A stretch of 64,000 nucleotides of DNA from an uncultured Prevotellaceae bacterium (lineage in GTDB: Bacteria > Bacteroidota > Bacteroidia > Bacteroidales > Bacteroidaceae), in assembly GCA_946406435.1 (NCBI GenBank), contig CAMJKP010000009.1, forward strand, positions 8,166-72,165, read 5' to 3'. Shown piece after piece: positions 40,977 to 51,045 of this stretch (the stretch's first letter is position 1; the number at the start of each line of letters is the position of its first letter). The notes under the pieces are model-generated. The model searched no databases, was not told where the DNA came from, and was given only the letters and a program-made list of their open reading frames with translations. A program made the translations under genes and the position numbers.

Positions 40977-41100
40977 TCCTTTCCACAGGAATCAGAAGTT
41001 CTTTAACAACCACAGATGACACAGATTAAAGGGATTTTATCGCTTGCGCTCGTGATTTACATCTGTGATATCCGAGTTATCTGTGGTTTGTCTAAGGGCT

Positions 41101-41856
41101 TTAGAAACTGAACTTATACCCGGCGCCGAGATAGTGCATATCGGGGTCGTAGTCGTCGGAGGAGACGTTGTGCATGTCCTGGAAGCGGTAGAAGACGGAG
41201 AAGGTGTGGTGCTTGGTGATGTTGAAATCGGAGCCAAGGGTGTAGCGTACCTTCTCTATTGCCATGGAGTTGTATAGCTCTACGCTTGCGAAGGGTGTCA
41301 GGAGGGCGTGTTTCTTGTCGTATTCCACTTGCAGACGGGAGCGCAGCTGGCTCTTGCCCTTGGATGCGCGTACCTTGTCTTCCCACCCGAATTTCTCTTC
41401 ATTGAAATTGAAGCGCCCTATGGTTTTCTCAGGACGGTAGGTGTATTGCCAACGTTCACGCAGGGAGATACGGATGTTGTTGCTGAACTTATACGATCCT
41501 GTTGCCGAAAGGCTGAAGCGATGACGGACGCCCCAGTATGACGGACGCCATTTCTTCGGGATGCCGCTTGTTTGAAAGCTTACGTCCTCGCGGAAATTGG
41601 TGTTGAGGAGTGTGTAGCCGGCTCCGAGCTTCAGGTTCTTTATGGGTTTGTACTCGCCTCCGATGCCGATGCTCCAACGGTCCATGGTCTTGAAGTCGTT
41701 GCGGGTGCGCATATCAGCCTCAAGGGCGACGCTGAACTTCTTCGAGAGTTTCTTCTCTGCCTCGGCTTCGAGAAGGAGTCCCGACTCACTCTGCGCCAGC
41801 GATGCAAGGCTCTGTGCCATCATTGCCAGTATCAGTAGTGGTTTATACATTCGCAT
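41101..41856 (-). CDS. DUF2490 family outer-membrane beta-barrel protein
   Basis: Signal peptide; RHRF, RERWQYT, LRSRLQVEY, PFASVELYN, terminal YKFSF. Confidence 0.8.
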   Translation of the reverse strand: MRMYKPLLILAMMAQSLASLAQSESGLLLEAEAEKKLSKKFSVALEADMRTRNDFKTMDRWSIGIGGEYKPIKNLKLGAGYTLLNTNFREDVSFQTSGIPKKWRPSYWGVRHRFSLSATGSYKFSNNIRISLRERWQYTYRPEKTIGRFNFNEEKFGWEDKVRASKGKSQLRSRLQVEYDKKHALLTPFASVELYNSMAIEKVRYTLGSDFNITKHHTFSVFYRFQDMHNVSSDDYDPDMHYLGAGYKFSF

Positions 41857-42520
41857 ATTCGGAGTCCTTGATCTTTAGCTTGTTATTGATGTCCTTGTCG
41901 TCGGTGCCTTCGTAATACACGCGCAGCACCGCCATGTCGCGGAGGAAGTCAACAGCTCCTACCTTTACGTCGATGACCTTCAATCCTAGACGTTCCTCAA
42001 GGTCGGCTATGAGCTTGTCGCGGTTCTCGGGCTTGATGAACTCGATGCGATCGTACTGCACTACCTTTGAAGCCTCGTTTTTCAGCACCTTTTCGAAGAT
42101 GACGATGCCGATGAAGACGATAACGTCGATGACGATGAGTTCAGCCAGCGGAGTGCCGAGAATCTTTCCCTCGCTGTCAACACCGAGGGAGACTGCCATG
42201 GCATGCACAACGGAGAGGCAGACCACGACGAAGAGGTATGTCATCTCGCGCACCGGCATGGTGTCGGTGCGGTATCGCATGATGGAGAAGATGCCGAAGA
42301 GACCGAGTCCCACGCCCATTGTTGCCTTTCCACGGTCCATGCCCATCATGAGATAGACGAGGAAGAAGATGGCGATGGAGATGATGACGAAGGTGAAGTA
42401 GAAGTCGCGTCGGTGTGACTTCCTGAAGTAGAGAAAGTGGACTATGCTCCAGTTCACTACCATACAGACAACAAACCTGATAAGGGTGTCGTAGAAACCT
42501 ATTGAAAATAATTCTTGCAT
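41843..42520 (-). CDS. DUF4956 family membrane protein
   Basis: GLGLFGIFSIMRYRT..MPVREMTYLF, YDRIE.IKPE. Confidence 0.88.
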   Translation of the reverse strand: MQELFSIGFYDTLIRFVVCMVVNWSIVHFLYFRKSHRRDFYFTFVIISIAIFFLVYLMMGMDRGKATMGVGLGLFGIFSIMRYRTDTMPVREMTYLFVVVCLSVVHAMAVSLGVDSEGKILGTPLAELIVIDVIVFIGIVIFEKVLKNEASKVVQYDRIEFIKPENRDKLIADLEERLGLKVIDVKVGAVDFLRDMAVLRVYYEGTDDKDINNKLKIKDSEYANV

Positions 42521-42548
42521 TATGATTTAGTTGTATAGATGTTATTAT

Positions 42549-43292
42549 TTAGGAATTAATTATTTTATTTACTTCGATTAATTTCGGCTTAAAACGATGT
42601 ACTTGCAGGTCGGGATTGGTGAGTGCCGAGCCCATGCAGTATTTAGAGAAGCCATGCGGATGTATGCGCAGGCATCGTAGCATTTCGAGAACGGGCGAGG
42701 GCTGTAGTCCGTCGCGTTTCAGTTCGATGATCACCAGATTGCCCATGTCCCGGTCTATTCCGCTCACAAGGTTGTGGAAGCAGAGGTTACTGTCGATTGT
42801 AAGGCGCTCGGTCTTGGCTTTGTTCACCAGCGTGATACGTGTGAAGTGGTTGTTGAGCGCGGGTTGCAGGGAGTCAACGCTATAGCGGAGGTTCTTGCCC
42901 AGGAAGTCGCGTTTCTCCTGCTGCGCCACATCCATGTCCTTGACCTCGATGCGTTTCTTCTTCGTGCGTCCGTGGTTGTTCTTTGTCTTTACCTCCATGA
43001 ACTGAAGTCCGCTGATGCAGTAGGTGCGGAATCGGATTTTCTGTCGGTTGACGTGGTTCCACTGATGGTGATTATACATATCAAACTGCTTGGTGTCGAA
43101 ATATGTGGTGTCGTATTCAAGGTTACGCTCACCGTCGATCTCTTGCACGTAGTAGTCATGCTGCGCCATCTGCAATAGCTGTTGCAGACGCTCGGTAGTG
43201 GTGACGAACTTCGTATCGGTACGGTTCATCAGCTTCACGCCCGCCATCTGTTCCAGGGAGATCGGTTCAAACAGTTTTATCACTTCTGTCAT
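42549..43292 (-). CDS. Polyphosphate polymerase (VTC) domain protein
   Basis: KLMNRTDTKF, YDTTYFDT, RQKIRFRTY, FMEVKTK, ERLTID, IIELK, FSKYC; start MTEVI at 43292. Confidence 0.9.
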   Translation of the reverse strand: MTEVIKLFEPISLEQMAGVKLMNRTDTKFVTTTERLQQLLQMAQHDYYVQEIDGERNLEYDTTYFDTKQFDMYNHHQWNHVNRQKIRFRTYCISGLQFMEVKTKNNHGRTKKKRIEVKDMDVAQQEKRDFLGKNLRYSVDSLQPALNNHFTRITLVNKAKTERLTIDSNLCFHNLVSGIDRDMGNLVIIELKRDGLQPSPVLEMLRCLRIHPHGFSKYCMGSALTNPDLQVHRFKPKLIEVNKIINS

Positions 43293-43349
43293 GTTAATGT
43301 TAGTCGAATAATATAAGGACCCCTTGGAGGGTCCCTTGGTTTTGCGAGG

Positions 43350-43357
43350 CAAAGATA
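43350..43357 (-). promoter_or_regulatory. -7 promoter element for the VTC operon
   Basis: TATCTTTG upstream of 43292. Confidence 0.55.
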
Positions 43358-43442
43358 ACAATTATTTCTCAGAATGCAATAATTTTTCAGCGATTTTATC
43401 AAGGGAAGGGGAATTTTTTATGCAAAACAGGCATAAAGACGG

Positions 43443-43474
43443 AAACAGCCCCGCGGAAAATGACGAGGCTGTTT
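43443..43474 (-). terminator. Terminator after the LuxR regulator
   Basis: AAACAGCC...GGCTGTTT stem. Confidence 0.55.
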
Positions 43475-43488
43475 CAATATCGCGAGGA

Positions 43489-44445
43489 CTATAGCCTTAC
43501 GCTGGATATATCAATAAGATTATTTACGATGGCGTAGATAGTGAGACCTGCAGGGGAGTGTATCTGCAGCTTTCGCGCTATGTTGCGGCGATGGGTTATG
43601 ACTGTGTTGATGGAGATATACAGATGGTCGGCTATCTCCTTGTTGCTCATGCCCTGCACCATTGCCACGATGACATCCTTCTCGCGCTCGGATAATGCCT
43701 CAGAAGCATCAGGGTTGCGACCTATCATGCTTGATATCTTCATTGACACCTCGTCGGTCTTTGACTGTTTCTCAAGGTGTCGGATGGCAGGGACGAAGAT
43801 CTCGTCCTCAACCTGAGAATGGAGTTGCAGCCATTCCTCATTATTATATATGTTATAAAGGCATGCGGTGAGCTGGTTGTTGCGCAGTGCATTTCCCGGC
43901 AGGTACTTGATGATGATGTTCTTGAGTTCCTTGAGTTTCTCGGAGGTATCGCCATGATGCTTTGAGAAGGTGTCGGTGTTGTAGCCTTCGATAGTCTCGC
44001 CACGAAGAAGAGCCTCAACGTAAGGGAAGAGTGCCTTTTCCTCGTACTTCATGTGCTGATGTATGGACTTGGCATAGTCATCATACAGACGCAGGATGAG
44101 TCGGGCGAGGTTGTCATTCTCATCAAGGGCAGCCACGAGTGCAGAACGGATGAAAGGCAGTTGGAATTCGAGGTAGTACTCATGGGATGCCTTCAGGTAT
44201 TTCAGCAATGTAGGCACGGAGAGTTTCGCCTCATCCTCGGGGGTGCGATAACCGTTGAGGGCAAGGTTTACCACAGCGAGGAAGGTGTAGGTGTCAACAT
44301 TCTGCATCTCACATACCTCACGCACGGATTTGTCGCCAAAGCCAAGACTGATGCCGAAAGCACCGAGGCTCTGGAGCACGCTGTAATTGTCGCGAATCAG
44401 GGATATCATGCGATCCTCCGGTTCATAAAGCTTCATCTTCTTCAT
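43489..44445 (-). CDS. Hemerythrin-like (Ric/ScdA-type) sensor domain + LuxR HTH regulator
   Basis: LGFGDKSVREVC, SHEYY, HMKYEE..LFP, H..VEDEIFVP; C-terminal LSEREKDV..MSNKEIADHLYIS.NTVITHRRNI..KL. Confidence 0.88.
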   Translation of the reverse strand: MKKMKLYEPEDRMISLIRDNYSVLQSLGAFGISLGFGDKSVREVCEMQNVDTYTFLAVVNLALNGYRTPEDEAKLSVPTLLKYLKASHEYYLEFQLPFIRSALVAALDENDNLARLILRLYDDYAKSIHQHMKYEEKALFPYVEALLRGETIEGYNTDTFSKHHGDTSEKLKELKNIIIKYLPGNALRNNQLTACLYNIYNNEEWLQLHSQVEDEIFVPAIRHLEKQSKTDEVSMKISSMIGRNPDASEALSEREKDVIVAMVQGMSNKEIADHLYISINTVITHRRNIARKLQIHSPAGLTIYAIVNNLIDISSVRL

Positions 44446-44684
44446 CGCTTCATTTACTTTATAGATAGCCGACCTCGGCTATCTTAATTTCCGAGTGCAA
44501 AATTAACAACTTTTTACGAAACACACAATAATAAGAAGTAGGTATTAATCTGAGGTTTTTGCATTTTTAACAACTTTGGATACCTAATAATGATTAGCGA
44601 ATACCTAATTATGGGGAGGGGTGATGTGATTTTTCGAGAGAAAAAGCATAACTTTTGAGTATTGCAAGGGTGAGGGAAAGGTTG

Positions 44685-44692
44685 TAATTTTG
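44685..44692 (+). promoter_or_regulatory. -7 promoter element for the porin-imelysin operon
   Basis: TAATTTTG(CA); divergent TAATTTTG at 44498-44505 serves the regulator. Confidence 0.65.
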
Positions 44693-44761
44693 CACTCGCA
44701 AAGAAGCCTACCCCGACCCTCCCAAAGGGAGGGGGATAGTAAGGCAGTAATAAAATAATAT

Positions 44762-46075
44762 ATGAAAAGAATTATTGCAGCGATGGCAGCTATGTGCTGC
44801 ATTGCAAATGCAAATGCTCAAGAGAGTAAGGATAGCGAAACAGTTCAGGATGTATATCCCTATAACACATTTGAGAAATGGCGCATTGGCGGCTATGGAG
44901 AGATGGCTGCATCGTTTAAGGACTATGGTTCTAACCGTTTCTTTGGTCATTCAAATGGTAATGTGAAAGAGAACCGCAGCACGATATCCATTCCACGTGC
45001 CACGATTGCAGGAGACTATAAATTCAGCTCTAAGTGGATTTTCGGTTTGGAGGTGGAGTTTGAGTCTGGCGGTGTAGGTACAGCATACGAACTTGAGAAC
45101 ACGGAGAACGGTGAGTATGAGACTGAGATAGAGAAAGGTGGTGAGGTGGCTCTGGAGCAGATGCATCTCACACGTCTGATAAACCGAGCATTCAACGTAA
45201 GGGTTGGTCACATGGTAGTGCCTGTAGGTCTTACCAACTCACATCATGAGCCTACACAGTTCTTCGGTACTGTGCGTCCGGAAGGTGAGACTTCTATTCT
45301 TCCTTGTACATGGCACGAGACAGGTCTTGAGTTTTTCGGCACAATAGGCAAGGGCTATGGAAGATTTGACTATGAGGCTCAGATTGTGTCAGGTCTCAAT
45401 GCAAATGGTTTCGACCGTAATTCATGGGCGCGTGGTGCCAAGCAGGGTAAGTTCGAGGAGGATAACTTCACGAATCCAGCCTATGTGCTTCGCGTGGATT
45501 ATAGAGGTGTACCAGGACTTCGCATTGGCGGTAGCATATACTACTGCGCTAATGTAGGTGGCAATGCCGATAAGACACAGACATACGACGGACTTGGAAA
45601 GATGCCAGTACGCATATATAACCTTGACGGTCAGTATAAGAACAGATATGTGGAGGCAAGGGCTAACATGATATATGGAAGTCTGACAAACTCTGAGGTT
45701 CTATCTTCAAAGAACGGTAAGTTGTCAAACAAGTCTGGCTATACACGCCTTACACCTGTGGCACACAATGCCGTAAGTTATGGCGGTGAGGTAGGTCTGA
45801 AGATTGCAGGTCTGGCACAGAGCGAGAATTGTCCTGATATCATTCCTTTCATGAGATATGAGTACTATAACCCTCAGCAGGATGTGAGAGGCTACTATAC
45901 TGCAGAGGAACGTCTGAAGACGAGTATGTGGGTGATGGGCGTAAACTGGCGTGCCACATCAGACATAGTTGTAAAGGCAGACTATACCACACGTAAGATA
46001 GGTGGTGGAAAATACAACTCCGAGAATGAATTCGCAATAGGAATTGCGTGGACGGGATGGCTGGGAGTCAATTAA
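44762..46075 (+). CDS. Outer-membrane porin-like protein
   Basis: Signal peptide; IGGYGE, EVEFE, GGEVALEQ, GLTNSHHEP.QFFGTVRPE, LPCTWHETG. Confidence 0.75.
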   Translation: MKRIIAAMAAMCCIANANAQESKDSETVQDVYPYNTFEKWRIGGYGEMAASFKDYGSNRFFGHSNGNVKENRSTISIPRATIAGDYKFSSKWIFGLEVEFESGGVGTAYELENTENGEYETEIEKGGEVALEQMHLTRLINRAFNVRVGHMVVPVGLTNSHHEPTQFFGTVRPEGETSILPCTWHETGLEFFGTIGKGYGRFDYEAQIVSGLNANGFDRNSWARGAKQGKFEEDNFTNPAYVLRVDYRGVPGLRIGGSIYYCANVGGNADKTQTYDGLGKMPVRIYNLDGQYKNRYVEARANMIYGSLTNSEVLSSKNGKLSNKSGYTRLTPVAHNAVSYGGEVGLKIAGLAQSENCPDIIPFMRYEYYNPQQDVRGYYTAEERLKTSMWVMGVNWRATSDIVVKADYTTRKIGGGKYNSENEFAIGIAWTGWLGVN

Positions 46076-46126
46076 AATTGACAATTGATAATTGATAATG
46101 AATAATTAATAATTAATTAAATAACA

Positions 46127-47326
46127 ATGAACAAGATTTTCAAAGCTTCAATTTTTGCAGTTGCAGCACTTGCAACAGTGAGTCTTACATCATGTAGCGA
46201 TGATGATGATGACAAGAATGATCCAGTTGATCCAAATGCTTATGCCCAGGATCTTGATTACAATTCAGAAAATGCTGCGGCATGGGGTAACTATGCTGTA
46301 AACGTGGCAAAGCTTCTTAATGATGACTCTCAGGCTCTCTATAATGAGTGGAACAACAGTTTCGCAAAGAGCTTCAAGAACCACGATGCAGCTTCTGGCT
46401 ATAATTCAGCTGTAGCTTGCGTAGAACAGATCATCGATGGTTGTATCGACATCGCAAATGAGGTTGGTACAGCCAAAATTGGTGAGCCAGTAGATTACTG
46501 GAACTCAAACAAGAAGACACAGGCACTCTATGCTGTGGAGTCATGGTATTCATGGCACTCTCGTGATGACTACAAGAACAACATCCTCTCTATTGCAAAC
46601 TCTCTGCTCGGACAGCCAATTACAGGTTCTCCTGCAAAGTACGACTATAAGACAGCAATGCAACAGGGTGTTCTGACACAGAACTCTGTTATCGTGAAGT
46701 GTATGTCAAGTGACAAGCTTCGTGCAGCTTCAATCGTAGTATGGCAGAACGTAGGCAAGGCATGGTCAGCTATCGACGCTATTCCACAGCCATTCCGTAA
46801 CAACATCGGTTCAAGCGAGGCTGCTGCAGCTATGGATGCTTGTGCAGCACTTGTAACCAGCCTTGAGGAACTCAAAGGTCTTATAAAAGACAACCTCTCA
46901 GAGACAGACTGTCAGGCTATCGTAGATCAGTTTGTTGACAAGGTAGCACTTCCAACATACAAGGATCTTGCAGCAAAGAACAAGGCTCTCCTCACAGCTG
47001 TTCAAGCATTGCAGAAGAATCCTTCAAACGCAACATTCGAGGCTGCATGTGAGGCTTGGCTTGCATCACGTCAGCCATGGGAGACATCAGAGGCATTCCT
47101 CTTCGGTCCAGTTTCAGAGCTTGGTCTTGACCCTAACATGGATTCATGGCCTTTGGATCAGGCTGGTATCGTACAGGTAATGAAAGAGCAGAAGTGGTCT
47201 TCATTCCAGTGGACTGGCGAATACGACGAGGAGAACGAGGCTATCGAGGCTGCACAGTCACTCCGTGGTTTCCACACTCTTGAGTACCTCCTTTTCAAGG
47301 ACGGTAAGGCAAGAACTGTGAAGTAA
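46127..47326 (+). CDS. Imelysin (peptidase M75/IrpA-like) lipoprotein
   Basis: Lipobox LTSC; IANEVGTAKIG.P, ESWYS..S..DY.NNI.SI, WETSEAFLFGP, DSWPLD, GFHTLEYLLF (HxxE). Confidence 0.88.
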   Translation: MNKIFKASIFAVAALATVSLTSCSDDDDDKNDPVDPNAYAQDLDYNSENAAAWGNYAVNVAKLLNDDSQALYNEWNNSFAKSFKNHDAASGYNSAVACVEQIIDGCIDIANEVGTAKIGEPVDYWNSNKKTQALYAVESWYSWHSRDDYKNNILSIANSLLGQPITGSPAKYDYKTAMQQGVLTQNSVIVKCMSSDKLRAASIVVWQNVGKAWSAIDAIPQPFRNNIGSSEAAAAMDACAALVTSLEELKGLIKDNLSETDCQAIVDQFVDKVALPTYKDLAAKNKALLTAVQALQKNPSNATFEAACEAWLASRQPWETSEAFLFGPVSELGLDPNMDSWPLDQAGIVQVMKEQKWSSFQWTGEYDEENEAIEAAQSLRGFHTLEYLLFKDGKARTVK

Positions 47327-47435
47327 ACGGCCTCTCCCCAAAAGGAGGGAGTATAAAAGGTAATAATCACATATCAGAAATAAGAAAAATAGGACTATCC
47401 TTCGCGAGATGCGAGGGATAGTCATCTATGTAAAT

Positions 47436-48977
47436 ATGAAAACATTCTTGAACTATACATTTGCAATGCTGATACCGCTCTGTCTGTGGTCTTGTTCTGA
47501 AGACACGGAGGGAGTGGACGAATTCCTTGAGGTGCATGCCAACGATCTGACGAAATGGGGATTGTCGGCAGGTACTTCTACTATTTTCTGGGATTCGTCA
47601 AAGGCATACGACATTGATGCCGAATGGCTTTCGGGAAAATATGCTACCCGATTCCAGCATGGCAACAGACTTTACGATAACGTAACGGATAACTACGGTC
47701 CTGTATATGCCGGATACTCTTGCGCTTCATGTCACATGAACGCGGGAAGAACGAATCCTGGCGTATGGAATCAGATAGGTACAGATGCCGATGGTACGCC
47801 AGTTTATGGCTCTGGCACTAATGGTATGTCGGCAATGCTGATATACGTGGCAAGAAAGAATGGCGTGTTCTTCCAGGACTATGGTCGTGTGCTCCATGAT
47901 CAAACAATCTATGGCGTGACAGCCGAGGGTAAGGTGGAGATTCGATATAACTACGAGAAAGGCAAATTCCCTGATGGAGAGGAATACGAGCTCGCACATC
48001 CTAACTTCAAGGTTGTGAAGTGGTATAAGAAGATGTGGGACGATGTGAAGAAGGACTCCGTGACGATAAATCCCGAGGATTTGTTCTGTACCGTGCGCAT
48101 CCCACTCCGACACGTTGGCATGGGACAGATGATGGCTGTTGACCGTGCGGAGATAGAAAGACTGGCTGCGCAGAGCAACTACCCAGAGTATGGAATTTCG
48201 GGCAGATGCAACTATATAACGGAGAAAGGCGTGAAGAGCATCGGACTTTCTGGCAATAAGGCACAGCATCTTGACCTCACCGTGGAACTTGGTTTCTCAA
48301 GTGATATGGGTGCTACGAACTCACGCTATCCAGAGGAGATTTGCGAAGGTCAGCGTCAGATGAAGGAAGGTTCGATGATGGGACTTACATACGACAAGCT
48401 CGATGTCTCTGCAGAAGACATGGAGGACGTGGATCTGTATCTGCATAGCCTTGGGGTTCCTGCAAGAAGACTTGGCAGTACCACGACGAAGGTGACTCTG
48501 ACGCGCTCAAACGGCACAACGGTAACGATGACCGAGCGCGAGGCTGTTCAAAGAGGCGAGAAGATGTTCTTCGAGGCTAAATGTCATCTATGCCACGTCA
48601 CCACGCTCCATACACGTCCACGAGGTGCAACATTACTTTGCGGTACGGAGTTGCCTTGGCTTGGAAGTCAGACTATACATCCATATACCGACTATCTATT
48701 GCATGACATGGGTTCGGAGATTATGGGCGTTGGCTTGAATGACAACTACACAAGCGGTCTGGCACGTGGAAACGAATGGCGTACAACCCCACTTTGGGGT
48801 GTCGGATTACAGAAGAAAGTGAACGGACATACATACTTCCTGCATGACGGAAGAGCACGTAATTTCAAGGAGGCTATCCTCTGGCATGGTGGTGAAGGTC
48901 TTGCTTCACGAAACCTGTTTATGAAGATGGATAAGGCTGACAGGGACGCTATGATAAAGTTCTTGGAGAGCCTGTAA
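47436..48977 (+). CDS. Di-haem oxidoreductase family lipoprotein
   Basis: Lipobox LWSC; two CxxCH motifs (CASCH, CHLCH); PYTDYLLHDMG, WRTTPLWGVG, LHDGRARN..EAILWHGGE. Confidence 0.9.
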   Translation: MKTFLNYTFAMLIPLCLWSCSEDTEGVDEFLEVHANDLTKWGLSAGTSTIFWDSSKAYDIDAEWLSGKYATRFQHGNRLYDNVTDNYGPVYAGYSCASCHMNAGRTNPGVWNQIGTDADGTPVYGSGTNGMSAMLIYVARKNGVFFQDYGRVLHDQTIYGVTAEGKVEIRYNYEKGKFPDGEEYELAHPNFKVVKWYKKMWDDVKKDSVTINPEDLFCTVRIPLRHVGMGQMMAVDRAEIERLAAQSNYPEYGISGRCNYITEKGVKSIGLSGNKAQHLDLTVELGFSSDMGATNSRYPEEICEGQRQMKEGSMMGLTYDKLDVSAEDMEDVDLYLHSLGVPARRLGSTTTKVTLTRSNGTTVTMTEREAVQRGEKMFFEAKCHLCHVTTLHTRPRGATLLCGTELPWLGSQTIHPYTDYLLHDMGSEIMGVGLNDNYTSGLARGNEWRTTPLWGVGLQKKVNGHTYFLHDGRARNFKEAILWHGGEGLASRNLFMKMDKADRDAMIKFLESL

Positions 48978-49026
48978 ATCATGTACCATTTAGCATGTAC
49001 AATGTACAATTTAATTTAGAAACATT

Positions 49027-50283
49027 ATGAAAAAAATATATTTTGCTGCATGTGCAGCGATGATGGCATTAACAGTTAATGCCGAGAATGTTGAGAATGA
49101 GATAAACAGCACAAGCGAGGCTCAGGCTTCGGAAAACTATGATGCTGAAAATGGCGTGGTGACTATCGGAAGTGATAGAATGTTCCAGATAGAATCAAAG
49201 GATGGCAAGTTCTCTTTCAAGCCATATCTGATGATACAGTCAACAGCCAATTTCCATTACTATGACGATGAGGGATTGGATAAGGCTTATAATCAGGATA
49301 ACGTGGCAAACTCTGGTTTCGCTATGCCATACGCTGTGCTTGGCTTTACAGGTAAGGCTTTTAGCAATATCACCTACAATCTCTCTATCAACGCAGCTGC
49401 TTCTGGAGCAAACATACTTCAGCAGGCATGGTTTGATGTTAAGGTAAGCGATGGCTTTGCAGTAAAGGTGGGTAAGTTCAAGACTCCTTTCTCAAGCGCA
49501 TACCTCACCACTCTTGGCGAGACTCTTATGCCATGTGTTCCAACATCTCTTACAGCCACCACTATTATGCCATACTCTTTGAATGCCGTATGCCCGAAGA
49601 TAGGCACAGGCTTCGATATGGGCGTGATGATACATGGTAAGATGAGCAAGCAATGGGGCTATGAACTTGGTATGTTCAATGGCACAGGTGCAGGTTCAAA
49701 CTCTGCAACAAAGACATTCTCTGACGATTGGCACATCCCTTCTTTACTTTATGCAGGAAGAATAGCATGGACTCCTTTTGGCACAATGCCTAGAACACAG
49801 GGTAATGCGAAGATGCTGAACGAGAACAAACTCGAGGTGGCATTATCTGGAAGCGTGAACGTGGAGTCTGAAAGCGAGAGTACTAATGATACCCGTATGG
49901 GTTTCGAGGTGTCATATCTTCACAACCGCTGGTATTTCTCTGGCGAGGCATATTGGATGAACGTTGGATTTACGGAGCGTCAGAAGATAGATGAGACCTA
50001 CGACTTCGTGGGCGGATATGTTCAGGCTGGATATTTCGTAGCACCACAATGGCAGTTGGCTGCACGCTATGACTTCATGGACAGAAACGGCAGTAGCAAG
50101 GATGGTGTGCTTAACATGCCTGCTATTGGTTGTAACTACTTCATCAAGAATAGCGGTCTGAAGCTTTCTGCTATGTATCAGTATATAGGCAGAACAGGCC
50201 ACGAGACACAGCTTGACAGAGACAACGATGACCTCGGCGTGGCAAAACATAGTGCGGTGGTAATGCTTCAATATACATTCTAA
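49027..50283 (+). CDS. OprO/OprP-like porin
   Basis: Signal peptide; QQAW, KVGKFKTPFS, GGYVQAGYF, LAARYD, terminal LQYTF. Confidence 0.78.
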   Translation: MKKIYFAACAAMMALTVNAENVENEINSTSEAQASENYDAENGVVTIGSDRMFQIESKDGKFSFKPYLMIQSTANFHYYDDEGLDKAYNQDNVANSGFAMPYAVLGFTGKAFSNITYNLSINAAASGANILQQAWFDVKVSDGFAVKVGKFKTPFSSAYLTTLGETLMPCVPTSLTATTIMPYSLNAVCPKIGTGFDMGVMIHGKMSKQWGYELGMFNGTGAGSNSATKTFSDDWHIPSLLYAGRIAWTPFGTMPRTQGNAKMLNENKLEVALSGSVNVESESESTNDTRMGFEVSYLHNRWYFSGEAYWMNVGFTERQKIDETYDFVGGYVQAGYFVAPQWQLAARYDFMDRNGSSKDGVLNMPAIGCNYFIKNSGLKLSAMYQYIGRTGHETQLDRDNDDLGVAKHSAVVMLQYTF

Positions 50284-50343
50284 GAACGGCCTCTCCCCCG
50301 CCCTCTCCCGTAGAGAGGGAGCCGAAGAGCGAAAAAATTAGTT

Positions 50344-51045
50344 ATGAAGAGATTTATTGCAATATTACCACTAATAGCTTTTACGCTTACTTCTTGCGAC
50401 GACGGATTTGTAACAGATCCTGTATATGAGAGCGAGCAGACAGGCTATAATGTGAAGATAACAGGCACGTTCGATGGTGTGGATCAATGGACCGACAACT
50501 ATAACGTGGTTGTGGCTGCATTTAGCGAGGATGATGAATATTCAAGCATTCAGAAAACCATTCAGACTGATGGTGAAGAAACAGCAATTACGCTTAGCAA
50601 CGTGCCTTCTGGTGCAAAAATAATAGAGATTGCAGTCACCAACACACTAAGAAAGCGTGTTTCTACGTTTTATAGATATGAGGTAGAGAATGTATCTGCT
50701 GACGATACCATAAGAATTGATGTCGGAAAGCAGAACGTGAGTATGTTCTCTGCAATAAACAATACGATATTCCAAGGTACGGCAACCACATGTTCTCGTT
50801 GTCATAGCACAGAAAAGGCGGCACGCGGACTTGACCTCTCAGCTGAGAATGCCTACAAGAACCTCGTGGGCGTGAAGAGCCAGAAGGATGCAACGCTGAA
50901 TCGTGTGACGGCTGGGGATGCAGAAAATAGTATGCTCTACAAGATAATCACAGATGAAAGCGGTTTCCACAACGGTTTCTTCTCTGACTACGGAGCCTTC
51001 GTGGATATCATCAAGTCATGGATAGATAATGGCGCAAAAGAATAG
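50344..51045 (+). CDS. Lipoprotein with a C-terminal c-type cytochrome domain
   Basis: Lipobox LTSC; CSRCH; GLDLS, RV.AGDAENSMLY, IKSWIDNGA. Confidence 0.75.
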   Translation: MKRFIAILPLIAFTLTSCDDGFVTDPVYESEQTGYNVKITGTFDGVDQWTDNYNVVVAAFSEDDEYSSIQKTIQTDGEETAITLSNVPSGAKIIEIAVTNTLRKRVSTFYRYEVENVSADDTIRIDVGKQNVSMFSAINNTIFQGTATTCSRCHSTEKAARGLDLSAENAYKNLVGVKSQKDATLNRVTAGDAENSMLYKIITDESGFHNGFFSDYGAFVDIIKSWIDNGAKE

